Shown here one piece after another: positions 18,912 through 27,709 of a stretch of DNA of 58,068 bases. The position numbers and the translations under genes were made by a program. The number at the start of each line of letters is the position of its first letter. The first letter of the stretch is position 1. The stretch covers positions 1 to 58,068 of the forward strand of contig JAFGDJ010000040.1 in assembly GCA_016932135.1 (NCBI GenBank), in the 5' to 3' direction. Below the pieces are notes generated by a model. The model did not search any database. It was not told where the DNA came from and saw only the letters and a program-made list of their open reading frames with translations. This DNA is from Spirochaetales bacterium. Its GTDB lineage: Bacteria > Spirochaetota > Spirochaetia > JAFGDJ01.

Positions 18912-20267
18912 CTACTTCCCCACGCAAAAGCGGGAAAACATCCGTTGAAGGATATCCGACGACGTCACTTCACCGGTAATTTCCCCCAGGGCGTCCACGG
19001 CTTCCTTGAGATCCGCGGAAGCGGCATCCAGGGGAATTCCTTCACCCACATCCCCGATAAACCGTTCCAGGGCCTCCAGAGCCCGGGTGAGGCAGTCCTT
19101 CTGCCGTTCCGAATCGATCACCGCCGCGTCCAGGGGCTCCGTTCCCAGGACCGATTCATAAATCCGCCGTTCCAGATCCTCCCGCCCCTGATCCGTCACG
19201 GTACTGACGGGCAGAAACCCCTCCGGAGGTTCCGCAGCGGCGATATCGGCCTTGCTCCAGACCGGGATAACCCTGTCGGTTGATTTTTCCAGATACTCCC
19301 GGTCCTCCGCCGAAAGACCCCGGGAAGCATCGACCAGGTAGAGGACCAGATCGGCGTTCTCGATGATCTCTTCACTCCGCCGTATGCCCTCCGCTTCCAC
19401 GGGATGATCCGATGCTCTCAAGCCCGCCGTATCCAGCAGCAACACGGGCAGGCCGTTCATGGTTATCCAGGACTCAAGATAATCCCTGGTGGTTCCATGG
19501 ATTTCCGACACAATGGCCCGGTCTTCCCGTAACAACAGGTTGAAAAGGGATGATTTCCCCGCGTTGGTCCGGCCGGCCAAGGCCAGCCGGATGCCCTGCT
19601 GAAAGAGCCGGCCGGTTCGGTAGGTTTTAAGAAGGCTTTGCAGCTTGCCCCTGGCTGAAGAGAGGGTCGGTAAGGAAATTTCTTCTGGTTCCTCAATCTC
19701 ATCCTCCGGGTAGTCCAAAGTCAGCTCAAGAGCACTTAAGACCTCCACCAGGGATTGTTTTATTTCGTCCACCTTCTTCCAGAGAGCTCCGGAGAGACGG
19801 TTGAAAGCCAGATCGTGGGCCCGGCGGGTTTTGGCGGTAATTAATTCATTCACCGCTTCGGCCTGCGTCAGGTCTACCTTTCCGTTGAGAAAAGCCCGCA
19901 GGGTAAACTCCCCCGGACCGGCATCCCGGAAACCGGCGGCTTTTAAAGCATCCAGCACCTTTCTAACCGATGGGATCCCCCCGTGGCAGCAGAGTTCCAC
20001 CGTATCCTGGCCGGTATAGCTGGCGGGAGCGCGGAATACCAGGGCAATCACCTGATCAGCCGGGGATCCGTCGGCGGGATTGAACACCTCCCCGTACACA
20101 GCCATCCCCCCGAGGGCCTTTTTCAATCGGTCTGAAGGTTTGAAGACGGTTGAAACCTTTTCGATACACCGACAGCCGGTGGTGCGAATAACCGCCAAAG
20201 CGCTGATGCCCCAGGGAGTAGCCGGGGCGGCAATGGCGTCATCCGGGTCATGTATTGATTCCATCAT
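18912..20267 (-). CDS. mnmE: tRNA modification GTPase TrmE
   Basis: [19 protein letters not shown]-terminal FCVGK. Confidence 0.98.
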   Translation of the reverse strand: MMESIHDPDDAIAAPATPWGISALAVIRTTGCRCIEKVSTVFKPSDRLKKALGGMAVYGEVFNPADGSPADQVIALVFRAPASYTGQDTVELCCHGGIPSVRKVLDALKAAGFRDAGPGEFTLRAFLNGKVDLTQAEAVNELITAKTRRAHDLAFNRLSGALWKKVDEIKQSLVEVLSALELTLDYPEDEIEEPEEISLPTLSSARGKLQSLLKTYRTGRLFQQGIRLALAGRTNAGKSSLFNLLLREDRAIVSEIHGTTRDYLESWITMNGLPVLLLDTAGLRASDHPVEAEGIRRSEEIIENADLVLYLVDASRGLSAEDREYLEKSTDRVIPVWSKADIAAAEPPEGFLPVSTVTDQGREDLERRIYESVLGTEPLDAAVIDSERQKDCLTRALEALERFIGDVGEGIPLDAASADLKEAVDALGEITGEVTSSDILQRMFSRFCVGK

Positions 20268-20276
20268 GTACCGGTG

Positions 20277-20305
20277 ATTATAAATAACGGCCTTATCCTA
20301 TGCAA
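20277..20305 (-). promoter_or_regulatory. sigma70-type promoter of mnmE-mnmG-rsmG (near-leaderless)
   Basis: TTGCAT, 17 nt, TATAAT, 9 nt, ATG20267; no SD. Confidence 0.6.
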
Positions 20306-20382
20306 CTAGACCTGAAGGATCAACGAATGATTTACAAATCCTTCATTTCCGGTCATTATAATAGGAGGAAGGAGGCGGCGCT

Positions 20383-20829
20383 ATGCTGGAATTTCAGAAT
20401 CCCGACGATATGGATGCCCGTTCGGTGCGTCAGTACCTGATCGCCTTAATGGCGAACCTCAAGCAAATCAAAGAAAAGCAGAAGAAACTCCAGGAGGAAC
20501 TGACCCTGTGGAAAAACCGGATCAATCTGGCCAGGGAAAAAGGACGGACCGATCTGGAAGGGGCTGCGGTACAGAGGGTAGAAGAAATCACCGAGCAACT
20601 GCGCACCCTGTCGGCAGAAGAAGCGGAACTCTCCCGGGAGGCTTTCAGGATGAAAACCCGGCTTCCCGCGGCCCAGGCCGAAACATCCAAAACAGTAAAC
20701 ACCGATCTTCTTCTGGCGGAGCTGGAACTGCTGGTGGGTGAACCGGACACCCTGTCCCGGCAATTCGAAGAGGAAGAAGCGGAAGCCGTTTTGAAGGAAT
20801 TGAAAAAGGATATGGGTATTTCCGAATGA
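20383..20829 (+). CDS. Short PspA/IM30-like coiled-coil protein
   Basis: WKNRINLAREKGRTDLEGAA resembles the PspA W-x3-A-x-LA-x2-KG-x-EDLA motif; C-terminal LSRQFEEEEAEAVLKELKKDM; strong SD GGAGG. Confidence 0.65.
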   Translation: MLEFQNPDDMDARSVRQYLIALMANLKQIKEKQKKLQEELTLWKNRINLAREKGRTDLEGAAVQRVEEITEQLRTLSAEEAELSREAFRMKTRLPAAQAETSKTVNTDLLLAELELLVGEPDTLSRQFEEEEAEAVLKELKKDMGISE

Positions 20830-21638
20830 TCACCCCGATCCTGGAGGTCCTCCAAAGAAAAGAAGGTCTTCTGGTCTTCGGGCACCGGGGATACGCCGCC
20901 AAAGCTCCGGAAAACACCCTGCCTTCGTTCCAGCGGTGCCTGGACGCCGGCGTTCCGGCGGTGGAGTTCGACGTGCATCTCTGCGGTACCGGTGAACTGG
21001 TGGTCATTCACGACGACAATCTGTCCCGAACCACCGGTTTTCAGGGGAAAGTGAAAGAGACTCCCCTGAAGGAAATCCGTGAACAGGACGCCGGCTCATG
21101 GTACGCGCCGGAATTCCGGGGAGCCCGGGTTCCCCTGCTGGAGGAAGTCTTTGAGCTCCTGGGTGATTCCATGTATTACGATATCGAAATTAAATGGAAA
21201 GTGTCCCGCCTGGGGGGGTTGGAAGAAAAGCTTATCGATCTGGTTCGACGGTTCGGCTACGAAAGAAATTGTATCTTTACCTCTTTCAACCCTGTTTCCC
21301 TGAAAAAAACCCGCTCCCTGGCTCCCGATATTTCCACGGGGCTGCTTTTTACCGACACCAGCGATGAGCTGCCGAAAGCCCTCCGCCACGGCGCGGGAAA
21401 GTATATCTGCCGGCCGAAGACTCTCAACCCGGATAAACACATGGTTACCAGGACCTTTATGTTTTTACAACATCGTATAGCCCGGTATCCCGTGATTCCC
21501 TATACGGTAAACACCCCTGAAGAGGTAACCCGTCTGACAGATCTGGGGGTTTCCGGTATAATTTCCGACGATCCCGGCATGGTTTTGACTGTAATAGCCG
21601 ATTCTTGCGGTAAACCCCGCCTAAAGCCGGATTCGTAA
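20826..21638 (+). CDS. Glycerophosphodiester phosphodiesterase
   Basis: GHRG...PENT, EFDV, VIHD, IEIK, GIISDDP; ATGA overlap with the upstream gene. Confidence 0.93.
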   Translation: MITPILEVLQRKEGLLVFGHRGYAAKAPENTLPSFQRCLDAGVPAVEFDVHLCGTGELVVIHDDNLSRTTGFQGKVKETPLKEIREQDAGSWYAPEFRGARVPLLEEVFELLGDSMYYDIEIKWKVSRLGGLEEKLIDLVRRFGYERNCIFTSFNPVSLKKTRSLAPDISTGLLFTDTSDELPKALRHGAGKYICRPKTLNPDKHMVTRTFMFLQHRIARYPVIPYTVNTPEEVTRLTDLGVSGIISDDPGMVLTVIADSCGKPRLKPDS

Positions 21639-22907
21639 GCCGATCCCCAGGAGAATACCGCCGTAATCATCCACTCCCTGGGGGCTTAAAGAAGAAGAGG
21701 TAATCCTGAACCATCCTGCATAGCCCAGGCTGAAAAAAACCCTGAAAGAGGGGTGGAACAGCCAGGTAAAAGCTGTTTCGAAAACCCCGCCCACATGAGA
21801 AAGAAGAATATCCGTTCCGACCGGATCGGGCAGAAGAACACCGATACCGATACTCGATCCGGGTACAATCTGAAATCGGCCGATATTCCACTGGGCTTCA
21901 ATACCGGCGGATATGTTCACCGGGAATCCAGGCCAATAAGACAGGTTTGCGTGCACCGGAACCTCCAAACCCACAAAGGGACGGATCCGCGGGAACCCCC
22001 GGGCAGGGAAACCCCGAAGGCCGAAAACACCGGAAACAGGAATCCCGGGGTTGTCAATCGAGGTATCAACCCAGATCATCGATTTTCCATAAACTGACAG
22101 ATCGACTCCCAGGCGGGGAACTTTTTCCATATAGGTGTACTGGTTCACCGGTTCCTGTGAAAAAAGGATATAACCGTAGGACACTTCAGGAGCGGTTTGC
22201 TCTATTACCACCATCCCCAGGAGGGTTTCCTTATCCAGCGGTGACACAATCCGGTATTCATCCCCCGGCTCGACGGCATCCCCCTTTCCCCCGGCCAGGA
22301 CAATCCTCCGGGAATCGAGAATCTCAACCACCTGAAAAGAAGCGGTAAAGACCGGCAGCCTTTTAATCTTTCCTTCGGCCGCCGCTACCAGATCTTCCAG
22401 GGCGTGTTGAAGGGCCTGATCCCGGGTTTCTCCTTCACCCTTTCCCCGAACAGTCAGGGCTTCAAAGGCATATCGCCCTTTAGGGTCCACCATGTTGAAA
22501 AGCATCTCCAGCTCGCAGCGGTAAAGATTCTCCGCCTCGGCGGATTCGGAAAAATCGGTGATTTCGGGAATTATCACTAGAAAGGCTTCCTTCAGCAGAT
22601 CCGGCAGTTGTTCCGGCAGCTCCAGGCTCCCCTCCGGGTCCATGCCGCGCAGAACATCCAAAAGGCTATCCATCTGTTCCGGCTTAATCTGAAAATCCAG
22701 AAGAACGGTTTTACCGAAGGGATAAAATGCAAAGAGTTCAAGACACCGGGAGGCGGCCTCCTGGAGAATTTCATCTCCGGGGTCCTGTAAACCGGGATGG
22801 GGAGAAAACACGGCTATGTTGCCTTCGTAAACGGGAAAAAGAAAAGCGGAACAGAACAGGAAAAGGACCCCCAGGGAAAAAGGGGAAGGATGTCCTCGCG
22901 GAATCAC
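21621..22907 (-). CDS. Exported protein; FlgT-C-like middle domain and probable C-terminal outer-membrane beta-barrel
   Basis: Signal-like N-terminus; VVEILD...GKGDAVEPGDEYRIV...LGMVVIEQ; amphipathic Gly/aromatic strands ending GILLGIGLRIRL. Confidence 0.6.
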   Translation of the reverse strand: MIPRGHPSPFSLGVLFLFCSAFLFPVYEGNIAVFSPHPGLQDPGDEILQEAASRCLELFAFYPFGKTVLLDFQIKPEQMDSLLDVLRGMDPEGSLELPEQLPDLLKEAFLVIIPEITDFSESAEAENLYRCELEMLFNMVDPKGRYAFEALTVRGKGEGETRDQALQHALEDLVAAAEGKIKRLPVFTASFQVVEILDSRRIVLAGGKGDAVEPGDEYRIVSPLDKETLLGMVVIEQTAPEVSYGYILFSQEPVNQYTYMEKVPRLGVDLSVYGKSMIWVDTSIDNPGIPVSGVFGLRGFPARGFPRIRPFVGLEVPVHANLSYWPGFPVNISAGIEAQWNIGRFQIVPGSSIGIGVLLPDPVGTDILLSHVGGVFETAFTWLFHPSFRVFFSLGYAGWFRITSSSLSPQGVDDYGGILLGIGLRIRL

Positions 22908-24802
22908 AGGTTCTTCGCCGAGGTTCCAGTATCAGGGTTTTCCGCCAACGAGGTACCCCCGTTGTGCACCAGGAGACTTTGGATAAGCAAAAGATCCTCC
23001 GGAGAATTATTATCCACCAGAATCTTGAAGACTTCAAAGGACCCCCGCAGTTGATAGGCCGGTTCACCGTTCTCCGGGGAGAGGGTTAGACCTTCAGCGG
23101 AACCGAAAAGGCGGAAAACCAGAACGTTATCCACTAAAGGAAAAGGATAAGCCTCATCTTCCGGCGGGAGAAGGCTAAGGCGAATGACTCCCTCCCGGTC
23201 AGGAGGCGTGGAGATATAAATGATTTCCCCGGCTCCCGATTCCATCGGAATAACCACCTTAAGATCGCCGCCGGAAAAAGGAAGTTCAGGAGAAACGAGG
23301 GTTGTCCCCGGGGCCAGCTCAAGAGCACCCCCGGTAAAAGAGAAGGCTCCCTCCGGGGTATACTTTTCCGTGTCGAGATACCCGTCCAGACCGTCGGCCA
23401 GCAGGAGAGACTTGCCGTATTCTTCCTTCATCCGACGCTCATAGGCACCGTAATCGGCCGAAGACTCCTGTGAAACGGCAGATCGGACGTAAACACCGAA
23501 TTCGTCAATAACACCGGTAAAACCGTTCTCGCCTCCGATAGAAGAACGGTATTCCTTCCCCTCGGAAAGAGAGAAGGTAAAGGGTACGATGGAAGACCCG
23601 GCAAACAGACCGTCGGCAAACCATTGAATCAGGGTACCCTTTTCCTGAGGAACCACAGAAACCGTTAATTCCCGCAGATTTTCCAGCTCATAGGAGGAGA
23701 CCTCAGCGGTTACAAGGGCACTTTGAAAGCCCTGAGTCAGTTCGAGACTGGGAGAACCCGTACTATCGGTGGCCAGGTAAAAAACGCGCCTATCCCCGTC
23801 ATCGAACAGGGAGAAAAAATCCTTTTCAATCTGTTCGCCCTCCGGGAGGAATCGAAGGGTTACGGAAAAAGGCGCCGGGTCGCTCTGTGAAAGGGGGAGC
23901 AGAGATCCGGAAGTAAAAAAGCCTGAAGCTCCGTCGAGGTAATACCCGAAGACCCCTTCTCGTATATCAAGCTTTGGATTTCCAAGGTTCCGCAAAGGTA
24001 TCGCGTCAACTCCGGCCACCGCGTCTATCAGAGAACCCCTGAAATGGAACAGACTGAAGTAACTGCCCTCCGGTACAAGTTCGCCCTTGGTGGCTCCCTG
24101 TTTTTCCGTGACATATACCCGGGCCGCGTGGGACAGGGTAGAATGAAAGGAATCAGATCCGGAAAATTGAGGATTGAAAGGAAAAAGCTCAAAAGAAAGA
24201 GTATATACACCGGTTTCGGCAGGAGCATTCCATTCTATTCGATCGGCCCCCTGGCTGAGAAACCCCTGATAGATTAAAGAATCGTCGTTGCTCCACCGGA
24301 CATAGGGATCTGAATTCTGGGGAACCCGGATATCCGCCTGGAGAAGTCCCGAGCCTCCCGGAAGGAGTACCGGAGGATAAATGGTAATTCCCTGAACCAG
24401 ATATTCTTCATCTGTGTGAAAAAAAGGAAACTCCTCTTCCGAGACTATCTCATCATCAGTTCTGATCACATAACGGAGGATATACAAACCAGGATCGATA
24501 ACCGGAAGGATAATCGGGGGAATAGGATCGGCCAGATCCGCTCCGGTCAGGAGAGTGTTCCCCACAATCTCACCATTTTGATCCAGCAGCAGTATTTCCA
24601 GGCTCTCGGGATTGTATATCCCTTCATCATAGATCAGTGAAACGTTAATACCGTCGCCGGTTTTTAACACGGCCCCTTCCGCAATGGATTCAATGATAAT
24701 ACCTTCATCACCCCCGGAGTCAAAGAACAGTTCGCTGTCACCGCAGGAAAAAAAGAGAAGAACTATTGTCACCAGGGCCGATACGGCCGTAAAGCGTTTC
24801 AT
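22904..24802 (-). CDS. Acidic lipoprotein, Ig-like plus LamG/concanavalin-like beta domains
   Basis: Lipobox LFFSC; FSLFHF, GYYLDG, PFSVTL, WFADG, FTGVIDEFGVY (LamG-like); SD GGAGG. Confidence 0.7.
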   Translation of the reverse strand: MKRFTAVSALVTIVLLFFSCGDSELFFDSGGDEGIIIESIAEGAVLKTGDGINVSLIYDEGIYNPESLEILLLDQNGEIVGNTLLTGADLADPIPPIILPVIDPGLYILRYVIRTDDEIVSEEEFPFFHTDEEYLVQGITIYPPVLLPGGSGLLQADIRVPQNSDPYVRWSNDDSLIYQGFLSQGADRIEWNAPAETGVYTLSFELFPFNPQFSGSDSFHSTLSHAARVYVTEKQGATKGELVPEGSYFSLFHFRGSLIDAVAGVDAIPLRNLGNPKLDIREGVFGYYLDGASGFFTSGSLLPLSQSDPAPFSVTLRFLPEGEQIEKDFFSLFDDGDRRVFYLATDSTGSPSLELTQGFQSALVTAEVSSYELENLRELTVSVVPQEKGTLIQWFADGLFAGSSIVPFTFSLSEGKEYRSSIGGENGFTGVIDEFGVYVRSAVSQESSADYGAYERRMKEEYGKSLLLADGLDGYLDTEKYTPEGAFSFTGGALELAPGTTLVSPELPFSGGDLKVVIPMESGAGEIIYISTPPDREGVIRLSLLPPEDEAYPFPLVDNVLVFRLFGSAEGLTLSPENGEPAYQLRGSFEVFKILVDNNSPEDLLLIQSLLVHNGGTSLAENPDTGTSAKNL

Positions 24803-24819
24803 CCGCCTCCCTGTGTTTA

Positions 24820-24848
24820 AGTATACTACATTCTGCCCGTTACAGCAA
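24820..24848 (-). promoter_or_regulatory. sigma70-type promoter of the LamG lipoprotein and beta-barrel pair
   Basis: TTGCTG, 17 nt, TATACT, then a leader with GGAGG. Confidence 0.5.
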
Positions 24849-24877
24849 AGCCGTTCTTCATCACCACAAGTCCAGGC

Positions 24878-26011
24878 TTAGAAGCTGGGGGGTGTCCCCA
24901 GGGGACCCACGGAATCGAAAAGGGATCCCTCATAACCGCCACCGGCGGCTTTGCTGATATTGGTGTACATGCGGAAGAGATACCGGACATAGGACATTTT
25001 CTGCTTCAGGGTTTCCTTTTCAGCCGCGAATTCCTGGAAAAAGTCGGAGGAACTGTACTTCCTTTCTATTTCAGTTACACCGATTCCCTGGCAATGATAT
25101 CGTTCCAAAAGTTGGACGGTATAAAAGATCTCCTCAAAAGCCGGAAAAACACTTCGCATGGCAAAGATCTCATCACTCACTTCACTCTTTACCTGCACCA
25201 TGGTTCCGGTAGCGCCTAAAGCCTCCGAAGCTCCTTCGTTTCCATGGGTTTCCAGGACATCCCGGATGGCATAGAGATTTCTGTAGGCTTCTTCAAAAAG
25301 AGGAAGCATCTGGTTGTACCGATGGGAATAGCCTTTCACGAAGGTAACGGCTCCCGCTTTGAAAACTTCTTCCCGCTGATTCCACCAAAACTGAAGGTAT
25401 AATTCTTCATCCCCCGGGTCCACGGCGATACCCTTGACCGGTTCATCCGGACGCTTTTCAACGATTCGCCCGGCCGACGCGGTAAGCTTGTTATTCTCAT
25501 CGTCCGCACATTCCACGGCGCCGGCGGTACAGGCAACCAGAACGGAGGCTTCAGGAGCCTCGGTGACGGTAAATTCGGTACCCCGGACACCCATAACGGC
25601 GCTTTCGGTGCTGACCGCCATATTTTCTTTACCGGCAAGTTTCTGGATCTTTAACTGCACCGATCCGCTGAGCATGGTAAGGTTGTTCTGAGAAGCCCCT
25701 CCCAGGCTGGAGGAATCAAAATAGAAAGCCGTATTTTCCCTCACGCGAATCATGGACCCCTGATTGGTCAGGTTCACCATTTCAATTTCCACAAGCCCGT
25801 CGCCGCCGGTTTCCACCAGGTCGAAATTGTAAATATCCATACCGACATCACTGTCGAAGAGTTCCAGTAGCTCACCCTCTCTGTGAAGATCGACTATTCC
25901 TTCTATATATACAATCCGCCCAACCGCTTCCTGGGCAAAAACCCCGGTAAGAATCAAAAGAGAAAAGAGGAGAACCATAACAAGTTTGGGAACCAATAAC
26001 ATCTTTTTCAT
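24878..26011 (-). CDS. Exported FecR-domain protein
   Basis: Signal peptide VFA-QE; DLVETGGDG, IRVRENT, STESAVMGVRGTEF, VACTAGAV; helical C-terminus. Confidence 0.82.
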   Translation of the reverse strand: MKKMLLVPKLVMVLLFSLLILTGVFAQEAVGRIVYIEGIVDLHREGELLELFDSDVGMDIYNFDLVETGGDGLVEIEMVNLTNQGSMIRVRENTAFYFDSSSLGGASQNNLTMLSGSVQLKIQKLAGKENMAVSTESAVMGVRGTEFTVTEAPEASVLVACTAGAVECADDENNKLTASAGRIVEKRPDEPVKGIAVDPGDEELYLQFWWNQREEVFKAGAVTFVKGYSHRYNQMLPLFEEAYRNLYAIRDVLETHGNEGASEALGATGTMVQVKSEVSDEIFAMRSVFPAFEEIFYTVQLLERYHCQGIGVTEIERKYSSSDFFQEFAAEKETLKQKMSYVRYLFRMYTNISKAAGGGYEGSLFDSVGPLGTPPSF

Positions 26012-26064
26012 ACAAACCTTCCTGGTTTACGAATACATCTAGGTGTTCACCAGTTCAAGCGTAA

Positions 26065-26093
26065 TCTACAGACAAGTATACCACGGGTAAAAA
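26065..26093 (-). promoter_or_regulatory. sigma70-type promoter of the FecR-domain gene
   Basis: TTGAAT, 17 nt, TATACT, with extended -10 TG. Confidence 0.5.
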
Positions 26094-26169
26094 GACAATT
26101 CAATAAAACTATCTAGTTATCAGGAAAGGGAGATTTCATGACCTGGATGAGGAATCTTCTCGTTTTACC

Positions 26170-27417
26170 CTACTTTTCGGTCCATAACGCGCAGAGATGG
26201 ATCACCGTCTCGGCTGCCCGAACCATGCCCCGCAGGGAAGCCCATTCCAGGCGGCTGTGAAAGTTATGTCCCCCCGTAAAGATATTAGGTGTGGGAATTC
26301 CCATTTGACTGAGTTTTGAGCCGTCGGTCCCCCCCCGGATAATCTCTCTGACCGGTTCAATACCGCTTAAACGGACAGCTTTTTCCAGGAGTTCCAATCC
26401 CCGGGGATTTTTATTGATATGTTCCAGCATATTCAGATACTGTTCTTCAGAAGTTACTTCCACGGTGCCTCCGGGAAATAATTTTTCCACTGTTGTCCCG
26501 AGCGCGGTGAGGACGTCAATTCTCCGATGGATTTCCTTCAGGTCAAAATCCCTGAGATAGATATCGGCTTCCGCTTGTTCCAGGTTACCCCGGCATTCCA
26601 AGGGGCAATAGTACCCGTACCTTCCGTCGGTGGCCTCGGGGCTTTCCGCGCCGGGGAGCATGGACAGAAAAGACGAAAGCATGGTAACGGCGTTCACCAG
26701 CTTTCCCCGGGCCTGGCCAAGATGGATAACCCGGCCGCGGCAGGAAACCCGAACGCGGAAAGCGTTGAAACATTCCACCTCGCAGAGTCCTTCCTCACCG
26801 CCGTCCAGGGTATAGCAATACACACTTTTCAGTGTCTTCAAGGGGAAATTCGTCAGCCCTCGGCCGGTCTCTTCGTCGGGGGTAAAGATGATCTCGATAT
26901 CCCCATGGGGCACCTCCGGGTTCAGGAGAATCCATTCCATGGCGGTTATGATTTCAGCGACACCAGCTTTATCGTCGGCCCCAAGCAGGGTGGTACCGTC
27001 GGAGGTAATCAGGGTATCGCCGGTATGCTTCAACAGTTCCGGGTACTCGGAAGGAGACAGAATCAACCCGTCTTTCAGCTTAAGATCCTGCCCGGCATAG
27101 GCATCGTGCACCTGGGGGCGCACATCCTTGCCCGTTACATCCGGCGAGGTATCCACATGAGCCATGAATCCGATAACCGGGGCGGCACCATCCTGGTTGG
27201 AAGGCACCCGGGCGATAAGATAACCGTCCTCGTTAAACAAAACCACCGGGATACCCAGGTCCTTAACTTCCTGTTCCAGAAGCCGCAGGAGATCCCACTG
27301 CCCCGGGGTTGAAGGAATTTCCCTGTCGTTATGCAGGTCGGAAGTAGTATCGATCCGGACATACCGGTCGAAGCGCTCCATCAGTCGGTTTTTCAGCCAT
27401 TGTTCGTCGGGTTTCAT
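26170..27417 (-). CDS. pepT: Peptidase T (M20B tripeptide aminopeptidase)
   Basis: AHVDT, GTTLLGADDKAG, TPDEE, IRGGTDG, GGHNFHS. Confidence 0.96.
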   Translation of the reverse strand: MKPDEQWLKNRLMERFDRYVRIDTTSDLHNDREIPSTPGQWDLLRLLEQEVKDLGIPVVLFNEDGYLIARVPSNQDGAAPVIGFMAHVDTSPDVTGKDVRPQVHDAYAGQDLKLKDGLILSPSEYPELLKHTGDTLITSDGTTLLGADDKAGVAEIITAMEWILLNPEVPHGDIEIIFTPDEETGRGLTNFPLKTLKSVYCYTLDGGEEGLCEVECFNAFRVRVSCRGRVIHLGQARGKLVNAVTMLSSFLSMLPGAESPEATDGRYGYYCPLECRGNLEQAEADIYLRDFDLKEIHRRIDVLTALGTTVEKLFPGGTVEVTSEEQYLNMLEHINKNPRGLELLEKAVRLSGIEPVREIIRGGTDGSKLSQMGIPTPNIFTGGHNFHSRLEWASLRGMVRAAETVIHLCALWTEK

Positions 27418-27423
27418 GCAGTC

Positions 27424-27452
27424 ATAGTAACTTTATTATATTTCCTGGTCAA
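27424..27452 (-). promoter_or_regulatory. sigma70-type promoter of pepT (leaderless geometry)
   Basis: TTGACC, 17 nt, TACTAT, 6 nt, ATG27417; no SD. Confidence 0.65.
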
Positions 27453-27673
27453 TAAAAGAATTCGCCGGAAACCGGACGCAACCTCGATCAAAAACCAAAA
27501 AGCATTCCTCTCATTTTATCATGTAGGAATAATTAATAGACGCGATGTAACTGTTTCCGAGGACTTTTGACTTCATCCGGGGAACATGTTCCAATTGCGA
27601 CTGAAGGTACAACCATGCCATGATGAGAGATAAAGAAATGAAAGACATGGATCGGGGTTCCCGGGAGGAACGA

Positions 27674-27702
27674 TTGACCCTTAGGCGGTCAGTCGATATG
27701 AT
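27674..27702 (+). promoter_or_regulatory. sigma70-type promoter of leuS (leaderless geometry)
   Basis: TTGACC, 17 nt, TATGAT, 7 nt, ATG27710; no SD. Confidence 0.65.
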
Positions 27703-27709
27703 TCGACCT

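Noticed and set aside
16443-20267. mnmE-mnmG-rsmG as a marker of oriC
   Set aside because: No dnaA, dnaN, parAB or clustered DnaA boxes (TTATCCACA) seen in the adjoining spacers.
27453-27709. T-box riboswitch upstream of leuS
   Set aside because: No T-box consensus (AAGGTGGNACCGCG-like) or terminator seen, and the promoter abuts the start codon.
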